Shown in pieces: positions 49,236 through 62,955 of a stretch of 64,000 nt of DNA. A program made the translations under genes and the position numbers. The stretch lies in NCBI GenBank assembly GCA_025603075.1, contig MU626330.1:32050-96049 (forward strand), written 5' to 3'. The stretch's first letter is position 1; every line of letters begins with the position of its first letter. Source of the stretch: Neoconidiobolus thromboides FSU 785. Its lineage: Eukaryota; Fungi; Entomophthoromycota. Under the pieces are notes generated by a model, which saw only the letters and a list, made by a program, of their open reading frames with translations, had not been told where the DNA came from and searched no databases.

Positions 49236-50741
49236 ATGTCATTATTAGCTCAAACTTACTTACCACTCCATCTTGTTGATACTAAACAATCTGCCTCTAA
49301 TCAATCTCAAACCATGGACAATAAAATTCCAGAAAGTGAAAAAATAACTACAATCTCTGCTGATGCGTTTTCTATGGACGATGTCAATTCAAAGTACACT
49401 ACTAACCTCGAAGAAGAAGTTAAGATCGCTCATTCTCGTATTAAGAAATTGGAACAAGAGTTGAAACAGGTTAAAGCAGAAAAGGATACTTACTCTGAAA
49501 GTTTAAAAGAATCTGTAGAATTACGCGCTGACTTAGAGGTAAATTATAATAAACTTCAAGTAGAATTCGACCAATATAAAGCTACCACTGTAGCTGCGTT
49601 GGAAAACCGCAACAAAGCTTTACAACAGGATATGGAAAATCTTGCTGAAAAGCTAATTGATGAAACTGAAAGACGGTCAGAACTTGTTCATGCTAAACAA
49701 CTCCTCGAAGCTGAGTTGGAGGAACTTTCTCAAAACTTATTTGAAGAAGCTAATAAAATGGTTGCTGATGAGCGTCGTTTAAATAAAGCTTGGGAAGATA
49801 AAATGGAAGCGCAAGAAAAGAAGTATGAAGAGCTTAATATTTTAATGGAATTCGAGAAAGAACAGTGCAAAGAATTGAAAGCTAAGATTGGCGAGTTAAT
49901 AGAAGAGCGTGAAGCTGCCTCCCTTGCTTTAGAAGAATCTACCAATTCAACAACTCCAAATCATCGCTCTAAACGCTCATTATCAATTTCAACTACACCA
50001 GCTGCACGTTCACAACATTCATCTGATTCAGGCTATCGTGGTGCCAATACACAAGGATCAGACCATGATATTTTCACATCATCTAATTCAGCACTTTCAT
50101 TTGATAGCTCGGATCATCGTTTCCATGAATTTAAAGAGTTCTTGGAAGCCCCAGTTGCAAAGGGACTTTATTTGTCTTCTAAATTTATGAAGCGTTGTTT
50201 AAATGAAGATGTTGATTCAGCATTAAGATTTGAATCTAGCTTGTTATCTGGTTGGATGACCCACAAAAGAATTCTCTCTGCATCACAATTAGGTAGCATT
50301 AATATTTATCCTTTCAAAGGTGATGCTTCAACATTACCACCTAATGTTCCTTATCAATGCTCGTTTTGTACTAGCAGTAAAGGCAAGTCTTTGATTTACC
50401 AATATAATATAACTGGAAGTGAAGGAGAACCAAGGCTCCTTTGTTTACAATGCCGTGATAGATTATTAGCTGTATGTAAGTTTTTTGCCTTTTTACGTAT
50501 GGTACGTTCTGGAGTTATTCAAGGTACCCCACAAAAACTTTATTTAGATTGTTTACAAGCAAAACATACCATGTTTTTAGCTAGAGTAGGTGCAGCTTTA
50601 GCTACATTTGATGAACAAATCGGTTCTTTGTCTGAAGAAGAACATGAATCTGCTACTATCGACTCACCAATTGAAGAAGTAGCAACATCGGGACCTAGTC
50701 TACCTAATTTCTCAGTAAACGTTGAAAATACCACTTTATGA
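49236..50741 (+). CDS. SEC2: Rab GEF Sec2, intronless
   Basis: Coiled coil with LEAELEELSQNLFEEANKMVADER; FMKRCLNEDVDSALRF; C-terminal CSFC..CLQCRDRLLAVCKFFAFLRMVRSG. Confidence 0.88.
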   Translation: MSLLAQTYLPLHLVDTKQSASNQSQTMDNKIPESEKITTISADAFSMDDVNSKYTTNLEEEVKIAHSRIKKLEQELKQVKAEKDTYSESLKESVELRADLEVNYNKLQVEFDQYKATTVAALENRNKALQQDMENLAEKLIDETERRSELVHAKQLLEAELEELSQNLFEEANKMVADERRLNKAWEDKMEAQEKKYEELNILMEFEKEQCKELKAKIGELIEEREAASLALEESTNSTTPNHRSKRSLSISTTPAARSQHSSDSGYRGANTQGSDHDIFTSSNSALSFDSSDHRFHEFKEFLEAPVAKGLYLSSKFMKRCLNEDVDSALRFESSLLSGWMTHKRILSASQLGSINIYPFKGDASTLPPNVPYQCSFCTSSKGKSLIYQYNITGSEGEPRLLCLQCRDRLLAVCKFFAFLRMVRSGVIQGTPQKLYLDCLQAKHTMFLARVGAALATFDEQIGSLSEEEHESATIDSPIEEVATSGPSLPNFSVNVENTTL

Positions 50742-51011
50742 ACTTTTAAAGTATCCTTACATAATATAAGAGCTTACTTTTAACTATCTACCGGCTAGTA
50801 ATTAACTTATTGATGGGTTTGTCCTAATATAGCCCAGTTTGCTTTTATAAATATACTCTGATCTTTTTTTTAATAAATTTATAAATATGACATTTTTATA
50901 AAACAATTCATTTAGTGTACAAGTATGCATAAAATTAAAATGTGCGTCATTTGTGGTCAATTAAATTATAAACACTTTATACAAAAAATCGAAGTCTATT
51001 TTTTTTAAAAG

Positions 51012-51830
51012 ATGTTTAATAATAGAAAAGAATTTGTTGATTTTGTTAATGAGATAGATAGTAATCTAAATAGAAGTCAAAGTATTAATTCAAATATACC
51101 TAAAAGGTAATAAACTTAAGGCTATTTTCAATTTTAGTTTAATAGATTATCAGAAAATTAAAAAATCAAGATTCGAATGAAGAGTTGACAAAAATTCCAT
51201 CAAAATTTGTAAAGGATGACCCTTCAGCCTCGAATTCTTTGAAGTCTTTAGAGCACTTTAATATAATGAGAGAAGTCAATAGCCTCACATGTAATCTATT
51301 TATAAACTTAATAAATCTTTTTAAAAACAATTTAGCATTTAATAATGAAATTCCAGCTAACCTTTTAAATGAATATCACAGACAATTAATTATGTATTTA
51401 AAAAACAAATCAAAATACAGTCAGTTGTATTTAAGCAAAGGTAACAGCGAACCAGATAATAAAGACCAAATAGTAACTTGGGTTGGACCAATTGTAATGG
51501 CAGATGATGTGTATAAATTTTCTTTTTATTCAGTAATCTCAAATCAACTCATGAATTTTACACTATATCAACACAACCCACTTAATAACTTTGAAAGTGG
51601 GACTTCAATTACAATAGAGTATATTTTTATTTTATTATCGCAATTTTGTTTTAATTTTTAATTTTAATATTAGACTTGTATTTCCTAATCAAATTTTGAA
51701 TAACGACTTGAATCTATTACTTCAAACTTATTTCACAAATAGCAGTAGAAATAATATATCCTTTTTAACGTTTCTGTTAGATGCCTTAATTCCATTTATA
51801 AAAGGAGAATTAAATTATAAACTTCATTAA
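51012..51830 (+). CDS. Hypothetical protein, 3 exons
   Basis: Frame restored by introns 51107-51153 and about 51619-51673; TAA at 51828. No confident family. Confidence 0.55.
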
Positions 51831-52023
51831 TAGATAATTAACTTTATTCAATGAAGCTATATTTTTCAAGTTCAATGATATCTGAATAGCTTACACATAG
51901 CATGTTTTTTAAAAATGAAATAAAATAAGATCATAATAAGATAGAACAATTGTTATCAACTTTAAAACGGATTTATTTAATTTTAATTTTAATTTAATAA
52001 AAGAACTATTTAATTAAAAATAT

Positions 52024-53460
52024 CTAAATTACAACTGACCATTCAGATTCAATTTCACCGTGTTGAATAGCAAGGATAGTATCAAAGAAACGTTTAGTAT
52101 AAGGTCCAGCTTGAGCATTAGAATCTTTAGGGTCTAAAGGAATTGTCAACTTTCTATCTTGATATAAGATTTCACGGATTGGTGAAACGATACAGGCAGT
52201 ACCAGAACCGAACATTTCAATAACTCTATTTTCTTTTAAAGCTTCCTCTAATTCTTTCATGTTGATTCTACGTTCGCTTACTTTAAATTCTCCCCATTGT
52301 CTAGCAAGACCTAAAATAGAACTACGCGTTACCCCTGGTAAGATGGTACCATCAAGAGGTGGAGTTACTAACTCAACCTCTCCAGATTTGTTCTTAAGCA
52401 AAACAAAGCAGTTCATAGTACCAACTTCTGAGAGCTCATCTTCAGGGCCAAATAACCATAAGTTCTGTTGACTTCCTTTATTCATAGCATGGATTTGTGG
52501 TACAATACATGGTCCATAATTACTATTAAAATATTAAAAAAATATAACAAGATTTGAAAAAAGATTTACGCTCCAATTTTACTTCCACCGGTACCTCCTG
52601 GCCATGCGCGAACATAATCGGTAGTTGCAAGTAAACTTACAGCTTTAAAGCCAGTACGATAATATGGTCCTACTGGACAAGTAATTACGAATAATTTGGC
52701 ACTGTTTGAAGGCCCAACGCCGATATATTCCTATAGACTAAGATTAGGATCATCATTAAATATAATACAATACCAATATTTATTTACCTGTGTACCAATA
52801 ACAGTTGGTCTGATATAAAGCGAGTATCCTTTTTCGGTTGGAATCCAACGCTCATCAATTTTTACTAATTCTTTAATCAATTCAATAGTCTCTTTTCCAT
52901 CAATAGCCTACCAAACATTAATTTTACATATTAGATAAAACATAACTTACTGGCATAGAAAGACGTTGGGAAGAGTTTGATAAACGAGCCATATTTAAAT
53001 CAGGTCTAAATAGTCTTAATTCTCCTTTTGAGCCTTTGTAAGCTTTCATGCCTTCAAAACACTTTAAGATTTAAATAAAACTTCAATTTTTTAGAAATAT
53101 AGCAATGGCTTACTTCAAAAGCATAATGGAATACAGCAGAAGCAGGGTCAAGTGACAATTTACCATAAGGTAAAAGCTCAGGGGTTTCCCAACCTTTTTC
53201 ATTGGTATAATCAGCAATAATCATATGATCCGTAAAGGTATGTCCAAAGATTAAGTCCTTGTTTGGGACTAAAGGTTTTAAGTTGGTAGATTTTGTAATC
53301 TTTAAATTCTTTGCCTAAATAACAATGAGCTAACAAAATGGCTGATACAAGTACTCTTAAAGCTTACTAATAAGGGGTTAAAGTTTGAGGCAGTTGAGTA
53401 ACATTTTTTAGTACTATGGCTCAATGCGGCGAGTAATCTACTGTTGATGCTAGTATTCAT
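52024..53460 (-). CDS. BAT1: Branched-chain amino acid aminotransferase with mitochondrial leader, multi-exon
   Basis: [59 protein letters not shown]. Confidence 0.95.
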
Positions 53461-54356
53461 TTTAGGAAAAGGTAAACTGAATTGAGACTTCTTTATACAA
53501 ACAATTTATATAGTATTTTAAACTTTTAGGTTTAAAAACTTGTCCAATCATAGCTTAAACTGTGGGAATTTTCAACATTCGATGACATGTGACCTAAGAT
53601 TCGCTTTTAGTTCCTCGTCATGCTATTTGATGAATAGATATTTTTCTTTCTACAACATATAGAAAAACAGTATCTGTTGTATACACATAATAAGGTGATC
53701 GATGAAATATAATAAATATTTGAAAGTTTATAAATAATACCAATTTTATTAATATATGATTATTTCGATTTCAATATTTGAACAAAACATTAAATTTAAA
53801 TTTAATTTCGAAGCTAAACAATTCAAATTTAAACTTGGAAAATTGATTTCGAAAGTGCCAAATTTAGAATTAATGATCTCAGTCCATAAAATACTGTCAA
53901 CTTTGTATTATCTAATAAGCAATATTTTTAAATAAAAATTAAAATAAAAATGTTATTTATATTTACAATGGCCAATCTTTTATTTATATAAAATTTCACT
54001 TTTCATACTATTAATCAATAAAAATTCACTCTATGATAAATACTTAAATCTTATTGAAATTTAAAGCTATAATTGGATTAAATTCTTCGTATAATTTTTG
54101 TATTACTATATAACATCTATGTTATCAAACTTAAACTCTTACAAATAATTAAATATTAAACGCCCACAAAATAAATATCCATTTGTTGCAACCAAAACTG
54201 ATAACTGACTTTCTATAAGCATCTGTTTCAAAAACACAACTGACTCATCACTTTAAAATTATATAGTTCATCTTAACCTACAAAATAAAAGGTTGTAATA
54301 AATCAGAAAAAAACCTTACAAGAGTTAGTCCATTTATTAAATAGTGGTTAAACCTT

Positions 54357-54735
54357 TTAATCGAAAAGACCGAAACCCATATCACCATCAGATTCTTCTT
54401 CTTCTTCAGCCTTTTCTTCGGCTTTTGGAGCAGCAGCGGCATCACCACCAGCGGTTGGGGCGGCAGCGGCTGGAGCGGCACCAGAACCGGAACCAACGTT
54501 TAAGAGGAGTTCAGAAACATCTTTACCTTCGAAAACTTTAGCGAAGAGGGAAGCCCAGATTGGTTCAACAGTGACGTTGGCGGCTTTGACAATGGTGTTG
54601 ATTTTATCAGCCTAAATTGAAATGGGTTAAACAAAATTGAAATTAGAAAATTAAGATCGAGTTTACGGTGATATCAATCTTGTCATCAGCAAGGATGAGG
54701 GAAGCGTATACAACAGCTTGTTCGTTGATGGACAT
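54357..54735 (-). CDS. RPP1: 60S acidic ribosomal protein P1, 2 exons
   Basis: [33 protein letters not shown], Ala-rich hinge, [14 protein letters not shown] end. Confidence 0.96.
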
Positions 54736-55691
54736 GGTAATGAAATGGATTTACAAATGGATGTATAAAAGAGAAGGAACTTTCGTGATTGCGGAAAGTA
54801 AAATTTAACTCAATAGAGAACAATACGCTTGACACGAAAATATAGCTTTTTCGAATTAACGAGAGAGTTTTTGAATTCCAAGTTATCTGTAAAAAATAGA
54901 TAAATTTTTGCAATATGAGCAAGGATTTTGCAATGTAAGCAGATATTAAAAGATTTATTAAGCTTAATTTTTATAGCATGTTATATTTTATAATCAAATT
55001 ATAAATACTAATATAGACAAAACTTGTATACCGATTTTTAAACCAACAAATAGTTTATTAATTTAACTAACCTAAACTGTTTAATATAAATATATAAATA
55101 ACTAGTATTAAATAAATACTTAATTCGTAATATAGTGGATATTGATTTGACATTATGAACATTTAACATAAAATTAAAAGTTTAGAAAAAAGGTAATTTT
55201 ATCATTTTAAAATTTGTTATAACTAAAACTGTATATTAAATAAATTAAAACTGAGAAAGGTATAAAACATGGATTAAATTAAATCAGTAAAAATATAAAT
55301 ACGATATTATGTGTTCTTTTTTGATACTCCAAAAGACTAAAAGTTTGTTGTTTTATAATATATTTTATTTTTTGAAATTTTGTTTTATTGAAAATTATTC
55401 TAATTTGCTTTAAAGACTATAATATTAGTAGATTTAATATGAAAGTTTAGAATTAAACTCTTTCATTTCTAATGCAAATAGTAAGATAAAAATAAAAACA
55501 CAAACTGTCATTATTATTGACAATATGTTCATTTTAAACTAACATTATTATATTCCCACATGCTATATAAAATCCTCTCAAACCCAAAATGACATAAAAA
55601 AAACACTTAATCTTAAACCAATAAAATTCGAACCAACATTTAAATTTTAAATTGACTAAATTTAGAACGTCATCCTTTCTAGCTTATTATA

Positions 55692-58600
55692 ATGAATGAT
55701 CGCTCATTGAATGAATATGTAATATTAACATCTAACTAATACAATTCAAAAACAACTAAAGATGTATCAGCATTTAGGGGATTGTATAGGAAAGGGAGCT
55801 TTTGGCTCAGTCTATCGTGGGCTTAATATGCAAACGGGTCAAGTGGTAGCAGTCAAACAAATCATGATCTCCCACCTTAACCAAAGTGCAGTGGAATCAA
55901 TTGTAATATAAATTATTGTTCGGAATTTTTTATTATTTTTTTATTAATAGAACATTCGATTTTTTAGGCAGAAATAAGTTTACTGAAAAAATTAAATGTA
56001 AATTAAAACCATTAATTAGTATAAACTATTACTTTAATATTTTTACAAAAAATATAGCACAAAAACATAGTTAAATATTTTGGTCTCTTGAAAACTGATA
56101 CCCATTTGAATATCATTATTGAGTAAATTTACTATTCATACAACTCTAATTTTATGACACAATTCCAAACTAGATATTGTGAAAATGGTTCCTTACAAAG
56201 CATTTATAAACGGTTCGGTAAGTTTCCTGAAAACTTGACCGCTCTGTATATCGCTCAGGTTCTAGAAGGCTTATTGTATCTTCATGACCAGGGGGTTATC
56301 CATCGGGATATCAAAGGTGCCAATATCTTATCCACCAAAGAAGGCTTAGTGAAATTGGCTGATTTTGGAGTATCCACCATAGCTAACGACGATAATGCTG
56401 TGGTGGGTTCGCCGTATTGGAGTAAGTGAATAAGAAATTTAAGAGTTATATGATACTTAATATTTTATAGTGGCACCAGAAGTGATTGAGTTAAACGGAG
56501 CCAAACCTGTTTCAGATATATGGTAGTTATTAATTTTTATTATTGAGAATGAATTTAAATATGTTACTAAGGAGTGTCGGTTGTACAGTGATTGAATTAT
56601 TAGAAGGAAATCCACCATATCATTTTCTTGATCCCATGCCGGCATTATTTAGAATTGTACAGGATGACCACCCACCATTACCTCAGTTTATATCACCGGT
56701 AATAAAACATGGTTTTTTTAATCTACAGAAATGTTAATATGAATTTAAGGTAGTTAGTGACTTTTTATTGCAGTGCTTTCAAAAAGATTTTAATTTAAGG
56801 GTTACAGCTAATAAACTTTTAAAGCATCCTTGGATTCAAAATGCTTCTATAAAGGTAAATAAAATTGTAAAAAGAATAAAATTAAAATTAAAAAAGTTAT
56901 TAGGGAAGAGGTGGGAAAACTCCAAATGGAGTTAATTTCGAAAAGGATATTAAGTTGTTACAGGAATGGAATGAAGCATTAAATGGTACTCATTATAAAT
57001 ATTAGTAGTCAGAGATATGATTTAATGGTTAACTTTATTAGAATCCACTTCTCCACAGAACACCTCTGAAAGTTTAAGGCAGAGACTAAGTCCACTTTAT
57101 ACACAATATAATAGCTTAGATGGTATAAAATTACTTTGAGATATCAGCATTTTTATTTACTCTTAATTTCTATCAGATGACTTTGAACGAATGGTAACAT
57201 CTCCGACCTCAAACTTAAAAGAATTAAATAATTCACCACCAAAAGGGCCACTACAACCTAGAGCCACTCAACTATCTTCGATTCAACCTGAAGAAGAAGA
57301 AGATAATTGGGATGCTGATTTTGATATATCAGGGTCTGATATCAATTTGGACAAAATTAAAAAAGGTAACTATTTTGTTTTATAATTATTACAAAGCGTT
57401 TATTATAATTTACTAGATAATGAAAATGCGGCATCAAGGAAAAACTCTAGTGCCGTGGTTCCCTTTACACCGTTTAAAAGTAAAGAGTTTGATTCAAACA
57501 ATGATATTGATCTGACAGATGCGTTGCAGAGGATGCAGGTAAAGGTTGGTGTTTTATTAGAGTTTCATTTCTAACTCACCTTTGATTCAGGCCAAATCAA
57601 AGAATAAACATGGATTAGATCGACTGCAAGCAAATGTACTACCTCTATTGGCAGAAAAACCTAAAAAAATTGCTACTAATGATCCATTGGCTAAGTATGT
57701 TGAAGAAGAAGCAGAGGATTATTCGGATATTTTCAAAACTGTTAATATAAGTAAATGAGTTTAATATATTGAATAATCTTATATTTATTTAATTACATTA
57801 GGCGGTAGCACCTTAGCTAATGAATTGTTTGGTTCGAATGGAACTATGAATACATCTTTGGTGAGTGCGAATATAAGTGGTTACAAGATTAATTTTTAAT
57901 TAAATTGTATAGAATGGGATTGAAAATTACTTTCAAGATGAAGAAGAAGAAGATATATTTCATGTTTTGGAAGAAGATTTAGAACAGACAGGTGTGCTTA
58001 TATTAGTTTTGAATTGGGAATTTATTAAATCATAAAACTAAAATTCTAGATTTACAAAAGAATATTATAAGGAACAAAAATGCCAAAATAGCAGCTGAAA
58101 TTAAGCAGATCATTAAGTTATTACAGCCTAATCAAGATCCTAATATATTGTTGAATGCTTGTGATAAGCTGGTAAGATCGGTAATAATAATATTATATTG
58201 TAATTTGTAACATTTAATTTCTAGGAGTTAATACTAGTGGAAAACCCGCATTTAAGAAGCAAATTTATTAATTACCATGGTATTTTACCCATCTTAGAGA
58301 TATTGGAAGTGGTCGATTCAGAGCCTATTTTGGTATTGTTACTAAGGATAATTAATTTGGTAATATCATATTCTATAATTTTATTCTAAATTACAACTCT
58401 TATTAAATAATAGATCGTCCACAATAATGTAGAAACTCAAGAAAATTTATGTTTGGTAGGTGGTATTCCAGTGATCATAAGTTTAGCTTCCAAGAGATAC
58501 TCAATGACTATTCGATTGGAGGTGGCTTATTTCATTCGTCAGTTGTGTCACACATCTACCTTCACGCTACAAATGTTTATTTCATGTCGTGGTCTAAAAA

Positions 58601-59949
58601 TTTTAGTGGATTTTATTGAAGAGGAGTATTCTTTGTATAAAGATTTGATATGGATTGCTATCAATGGAGTGGCTTCCATATTTGAGTTACAAGTAAAATT
58701 TAGATTGGTACATTATGTTTAACATATTGATTTATTATCATAGACGCCTACTCCAAAGCATGATTTTTGTCGATTGTTTGCAAAGACTGGATTGTTAGAG
58801 CCTTTATCCTCTGTATTGTTACGTACTTTAGGTGATGAGGATGCTTTGGCTCAAAGATATACATATAAGATTATGGGCTTATTTTTAATATTTTCTCAAG
58901 CGGATTCTTATGTTAAGGAAATGATGGGAACCTCTTTTAATATTGTTCGAAGTAATTTATTTATTATTTATATTTTTGTATATCAATATTTGTATATTTA
59001 GATTTGTTTCATGAAATTAAAATACTGCCTATGGAATTAAAGATGATTGTATTAAAATGTATACGTAATTTATCTATTAATCCTAATACGCTGGATACAT
59101 TACAAAAGGCAAATGCGATTGAAATATTGGTGGAATTATTAATCGAGTCTTTAGATCCAACAAATCCTTTTGGTCAAGCACAAGCAGTAATTATTATTCA
59201 TTGCTCAAAATTATATATTCATTTTATTATAGGAAATGTGTCATCATGTTTTAAACACCATGTTCAATTTATGTCGTATTAATAAACATCGTCAAGAGTT
59301 GGCAGCACAAGCAGGCATCATCCCACACCTTCAACATATTGGTGCATTAAAGTCCCCATTGAAACCATTTGCTATATCGATATTATGTGACATGGCCCAT
59401 GCCGGTAAAGTATGCCGTAGGCTATTAGCAAAGAATAATGGACTGCGTTTCTTTTTAGCTTTGTTGAGTGATCCTAATTGGCAAACAAATGTATTAGAGG
59501 CGATCCTAATTTGGTTACAAGAAGAACCCAGAGAAGTAGAAACTGTTTTATTGGAGTCTAGGAATTTAAATATTATGGTCGATACCTTTGTGTGTACTAG
59601 AAATAACACTGTGTTTGAAGGCTTGATTGGACCTTTGCCTAGAGTCATTAGATTATCACCTAAATTAGCACAAGCCATTAGTTTGAAGTCCAAGTTTATC
59701 AATAAATTGTTGGTAAGGCTAGTCAAACATCCTAAAGCAATAGTAAGGTTGAGTTTATTAAAGATATTGAAGTCTTTATTGGATCAACATTTAATATCAA
59801 AACAAAATCATATAAATCAAAGCAATCAGTTATTAAATGGGAGGTACGATATTCATTCGATTTTATTAGCACTTTCAGAAAATGATCCTGCAGTTTTAGT
59901 AAGGGAAATGGCTAAAGAGATTATTACTCAATTCAGTTCAATCTTTTAA
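55692..59949 (+). CDS. CDC15: SIN/MEN STE kinase of the Cdc7 (S. pombe)/Cdc15/SepH family, many introns
   Basis: [55 protein letters not shown]; DNWDADF linker; armadillo-like C-terminus ([35 protein letters not shown]). Confidence 0.88.
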
Positions 59950-60035
59950 AATTATTTATTAACTTTAACTTTATTTTATTGTATATTTATTATTTTAATA
60001 AAAAATATACTTATTCTTTTTAATAATAATCATGT

Positions 60036-62188
60036 TTATTCTCCTTCTCTCTTCTTCTTTTTGTGCAGCCATATCTCTTTCAATACCTTCTTTATTTTAT
60101 CTTCGTTTTCACTCAGATTATATTCCGCTAATCCCGATAACAAATCAACTTCTTCTGGTTCATATTTAAAATTGAATGTTGAACAAAAAGCAGCTGTGGA
60201 TGGATCAAAGTCTCCATATCTTTTATTTTTTAATAACGGAATATAAACCACAGTGATATTTAATTCCTCATTGTTTATTATGTTTTTACTTATATAAATA
60301 TTTTGGTCTTCTTCTTGTTGCCATGGATCAAAGCCTACTGGCCATCGTTGATTATTTATCTTTTTAGCATAGTCCGATGCTTTGTTTAACCATGAAGTAT
60401 TCTTTACATCATCTGAGGCATCTACAGCAATAATAACATCAACATCTCTAGCATTTGTCAATAAAGGATAAAATGGTAAGTTATTATCCATCCCAGCATC
60501 CATAAAACTCAGCTGTTCTTGTTTGACTAATGATGCCATTTTTTCATCATCTATACTCTTACTACCCTTAGCTTTCGTTTTATAAAATGGATTATAAAAA
60601 CTTATAGGATTAATTGGATGTATCTTTAACATTTCTTCATAATAGTCTTCTAACATGTCATTATACCATTGATTTATTGATTGTGGTAGATTACCATTTA
60701 TTTCATCAAAAATATGTGCAATTGTTGCACAAAATGCCGACCCAAATAAACCTAAATAAGTTCCTGATTCTACCTCACTTTCATTCGTAATGCTCTTTCC
60801 TGATTCAAATTTTCTTCCTAATCCCCATACTGGTATAAAGAGATCAAATTCGAAACTCCCCATTTCAAATGGCGTAAATTCAAACCATTGAAAATTATTG
60901 TAATCTAATTCAGTATCATGCCTTATTGCTGTATAAATAGGGAAAGGTTCTTTCCCTTCTTTAACGATATTTCTTTGATTACTGAATTTGAGATATCCCC
61001 TATTTAATGTTGATTCTTCGACATTTCCATTATCTGTAACTAATAAACGGGAAGTTAAAAGTGTACCAAATATATCTACCAAAGATAGTGGCACTTCTGA
61101 TTTATATTTACGTATTAGGGCGCTCAATAAAGGTATTGAAACATCTGTTTGCAGCATTTTAAAAAAAGTACTAAAATTAGCTGGATCAACTGTTAATCGA
61201 TGTTTCAGGTGTGATTGAATAAAATCAAAATTCTTATTTCCCACCGTATAATACTGATAGATTAGCCAACAACTACCTGACACCCCAGATACATATGTTA
61301 AACAGTCCCATAACCCCATTTGTTTTATACCTTTTAAACTACCTAATGATGTAATCATTGCTCTATATCCTCCGCCACTAAATTAATATAAATAACACTA
61401 TTACATATATAGTATATAATACTATTTTACCTTCCTGCATATGCTATAGTAGGGATATCTAATGGATTAATTAAATCCTTGTCAACATTGATTAATTTTG
61501 CAAAAGCACGATGAATAGCCTGTCTTCTATTCTTAATAAAGTGTTTTTCATCTTCATTTATTTTATGCTCATTTCTAAAGTATTAACTGATCAGTTTATA
61601 TTAATAATTTAGTATATACCCTAATCACCTAACATTAGCTATTAAGTCCATTTCTGGATTAAGAGTTTTATCTTTACTTATATCTATTATTTGATCGACA
61701 TTGACATCATTCAAGATGATATCAATAAATTGGTTTAAAAACGAATTCAAAATATTTTTCAAATCCAGATTAAAATCTTTTGGCCAATAATTAAGAATCT
61801 CTGTTACTTTCTGCTCCATATCAAGTAGCTGTTCTTTGTTTTCTATAAGCTTTTGATTCGCATCTATCAATATTTTATTAAACTCTTTCGTAACGCTATC
61901 AAAGTTTGGCAACACTTGATCCAAAGCTGGCATCTCTTTAAGTATATTCTTTTGTATCGGTTCAATGTATTCTTCTAAAATTCCTTTATCATTTTTTAAC
62001 TTGCTTTTATTATCTTTTAGATCCTCTAAGTAGATCTTTCTTGTATTGAAATTGTTTCTGTAATAGTAATAGCTAGAACATGCCAAACCAATAACTAAGC
62101 CTAAATTAAATTGATATTATAAGTATCTTATCATTCTTATATAATTACTTTTATTTCTAATGTGCCTAAAATTATTTTTAAAAAACAT
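60036..62188 (-). CDS. Cytosolic PLA2/lysophospholipase (PLA2_B catalytic domain), 4 exons
   Basis: GSGGGYRAM oxyanion motif, GVSGSCW nucleophile, WFEFTPFE, FMDAGMDNNLP. ORFs 61625-62086 and 60036-61358 are joined by in-frame GT-AG introns. Confidence 0.85.
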
Positions 62189-62241
62189 TTTAAAAGAAAC
62201 ATTTTGATCGAAAATTCATGTATTTTATTTTCAAATAAAAA

Positions 62242-62249
62242 TGACGTCA
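62242..62249. promoter_or_regulatory. Perfect CRE palindrome TGACGTCA (ATF/CREB-type bZIP site)
   Basis: Sequence match 54 bp upstream of the phospholipase ATG. Confidence 0.45.
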
Positions 62250-62292
62250 CACTTCAATAAAAGCCTCCATGCAAAACAGGTTAAAAGAATAG

Positions 62293-62955
62293 CTAAGTCA
62301 AAGAGTTTAAATTTGTCAAAATATCAAAATTATAATCGTCGTAAAATAAAGCATGCTGTTGTTGTTGTATACCATTTTGATGTAATTGATAATAGTAATT
62401 ATAGTTGCAATTATTATTATTATTATTATTACTATGCTGATGATTATAATTCATTTCATAAATATCACTATCATAGTTAACATTATAGCTATTACATATA
62501 GCTACTGGTATGCTAGGCGTATTCGGGTTATAGCTGTATAGTGCTGGGTTATAACTCATACTTATGTTGCCACTGCTATTACTATTACTATTAAATAATA
62601 CGGGTGTAGCGGGACTGTGATTGCTATGAGACCTTTGCCTTTCACGCTTCAATTTAGCTCTACGGTTTTGAAACCAAACTTGTACAGCCTGTGGTTTCAT
62701 TTGTAACTGGTTAGCAATACGATTACGCTCTTCGACCTTTGGGTTAGTACATGATTGAAAGTAGCGAATCAAGTATTCACTTTGATGCGTCTTTAAACGA
62801 CTACGTGGTTTTGTAACAATTTCTTCCTTGGTATTGCTTAATAATTGTTCTAATTCTGCACTGTTGAGATCAAAACGACGTGAGGTGGTGGGAAGAGTAT
62901 TTATATTATCAGTATCCTTTGATTCGTATTTAATAATTATACTTTGATTTTCCAT
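62293..62955 (-). CDS. Homeobox transcription factor, intronless
   Basis: KPRSRLKTHQSEYLIRYF..P..EERNRIANQLQMKPQAVQVWFQNRRAKLKRE. Confidence 0.92.
   Translation of the reverse strand: MENQSIIIKYESKDTDNINTLPTTSRRFDLNSAELEQLLSNTKEEIVTKPRSRLKTHQSEYLIRYFQSCTNPKVEERNRIANQLQMKPQAVQVWFQNRRAKLKRERQRSHSNHSPATPVLFNSNSNSSGNISMSYNPALYSYNPNTPSIPVAICNSYNVNYDSDIYEMNYNHQHSNNNNNNNCNYNYYYQLHQNGIQQQQHALFYDDYNFDILTNLNSLT

Noticed and set aside
54241-54247. TGACTCA Gcn4-type site upstream of BAT1
   Set aside because: 780 bp away, inside the RPP1 3' region; the same heptamer occurs at non-promoter sites (44334, about 8545, about 17013), so chance is sufficient.
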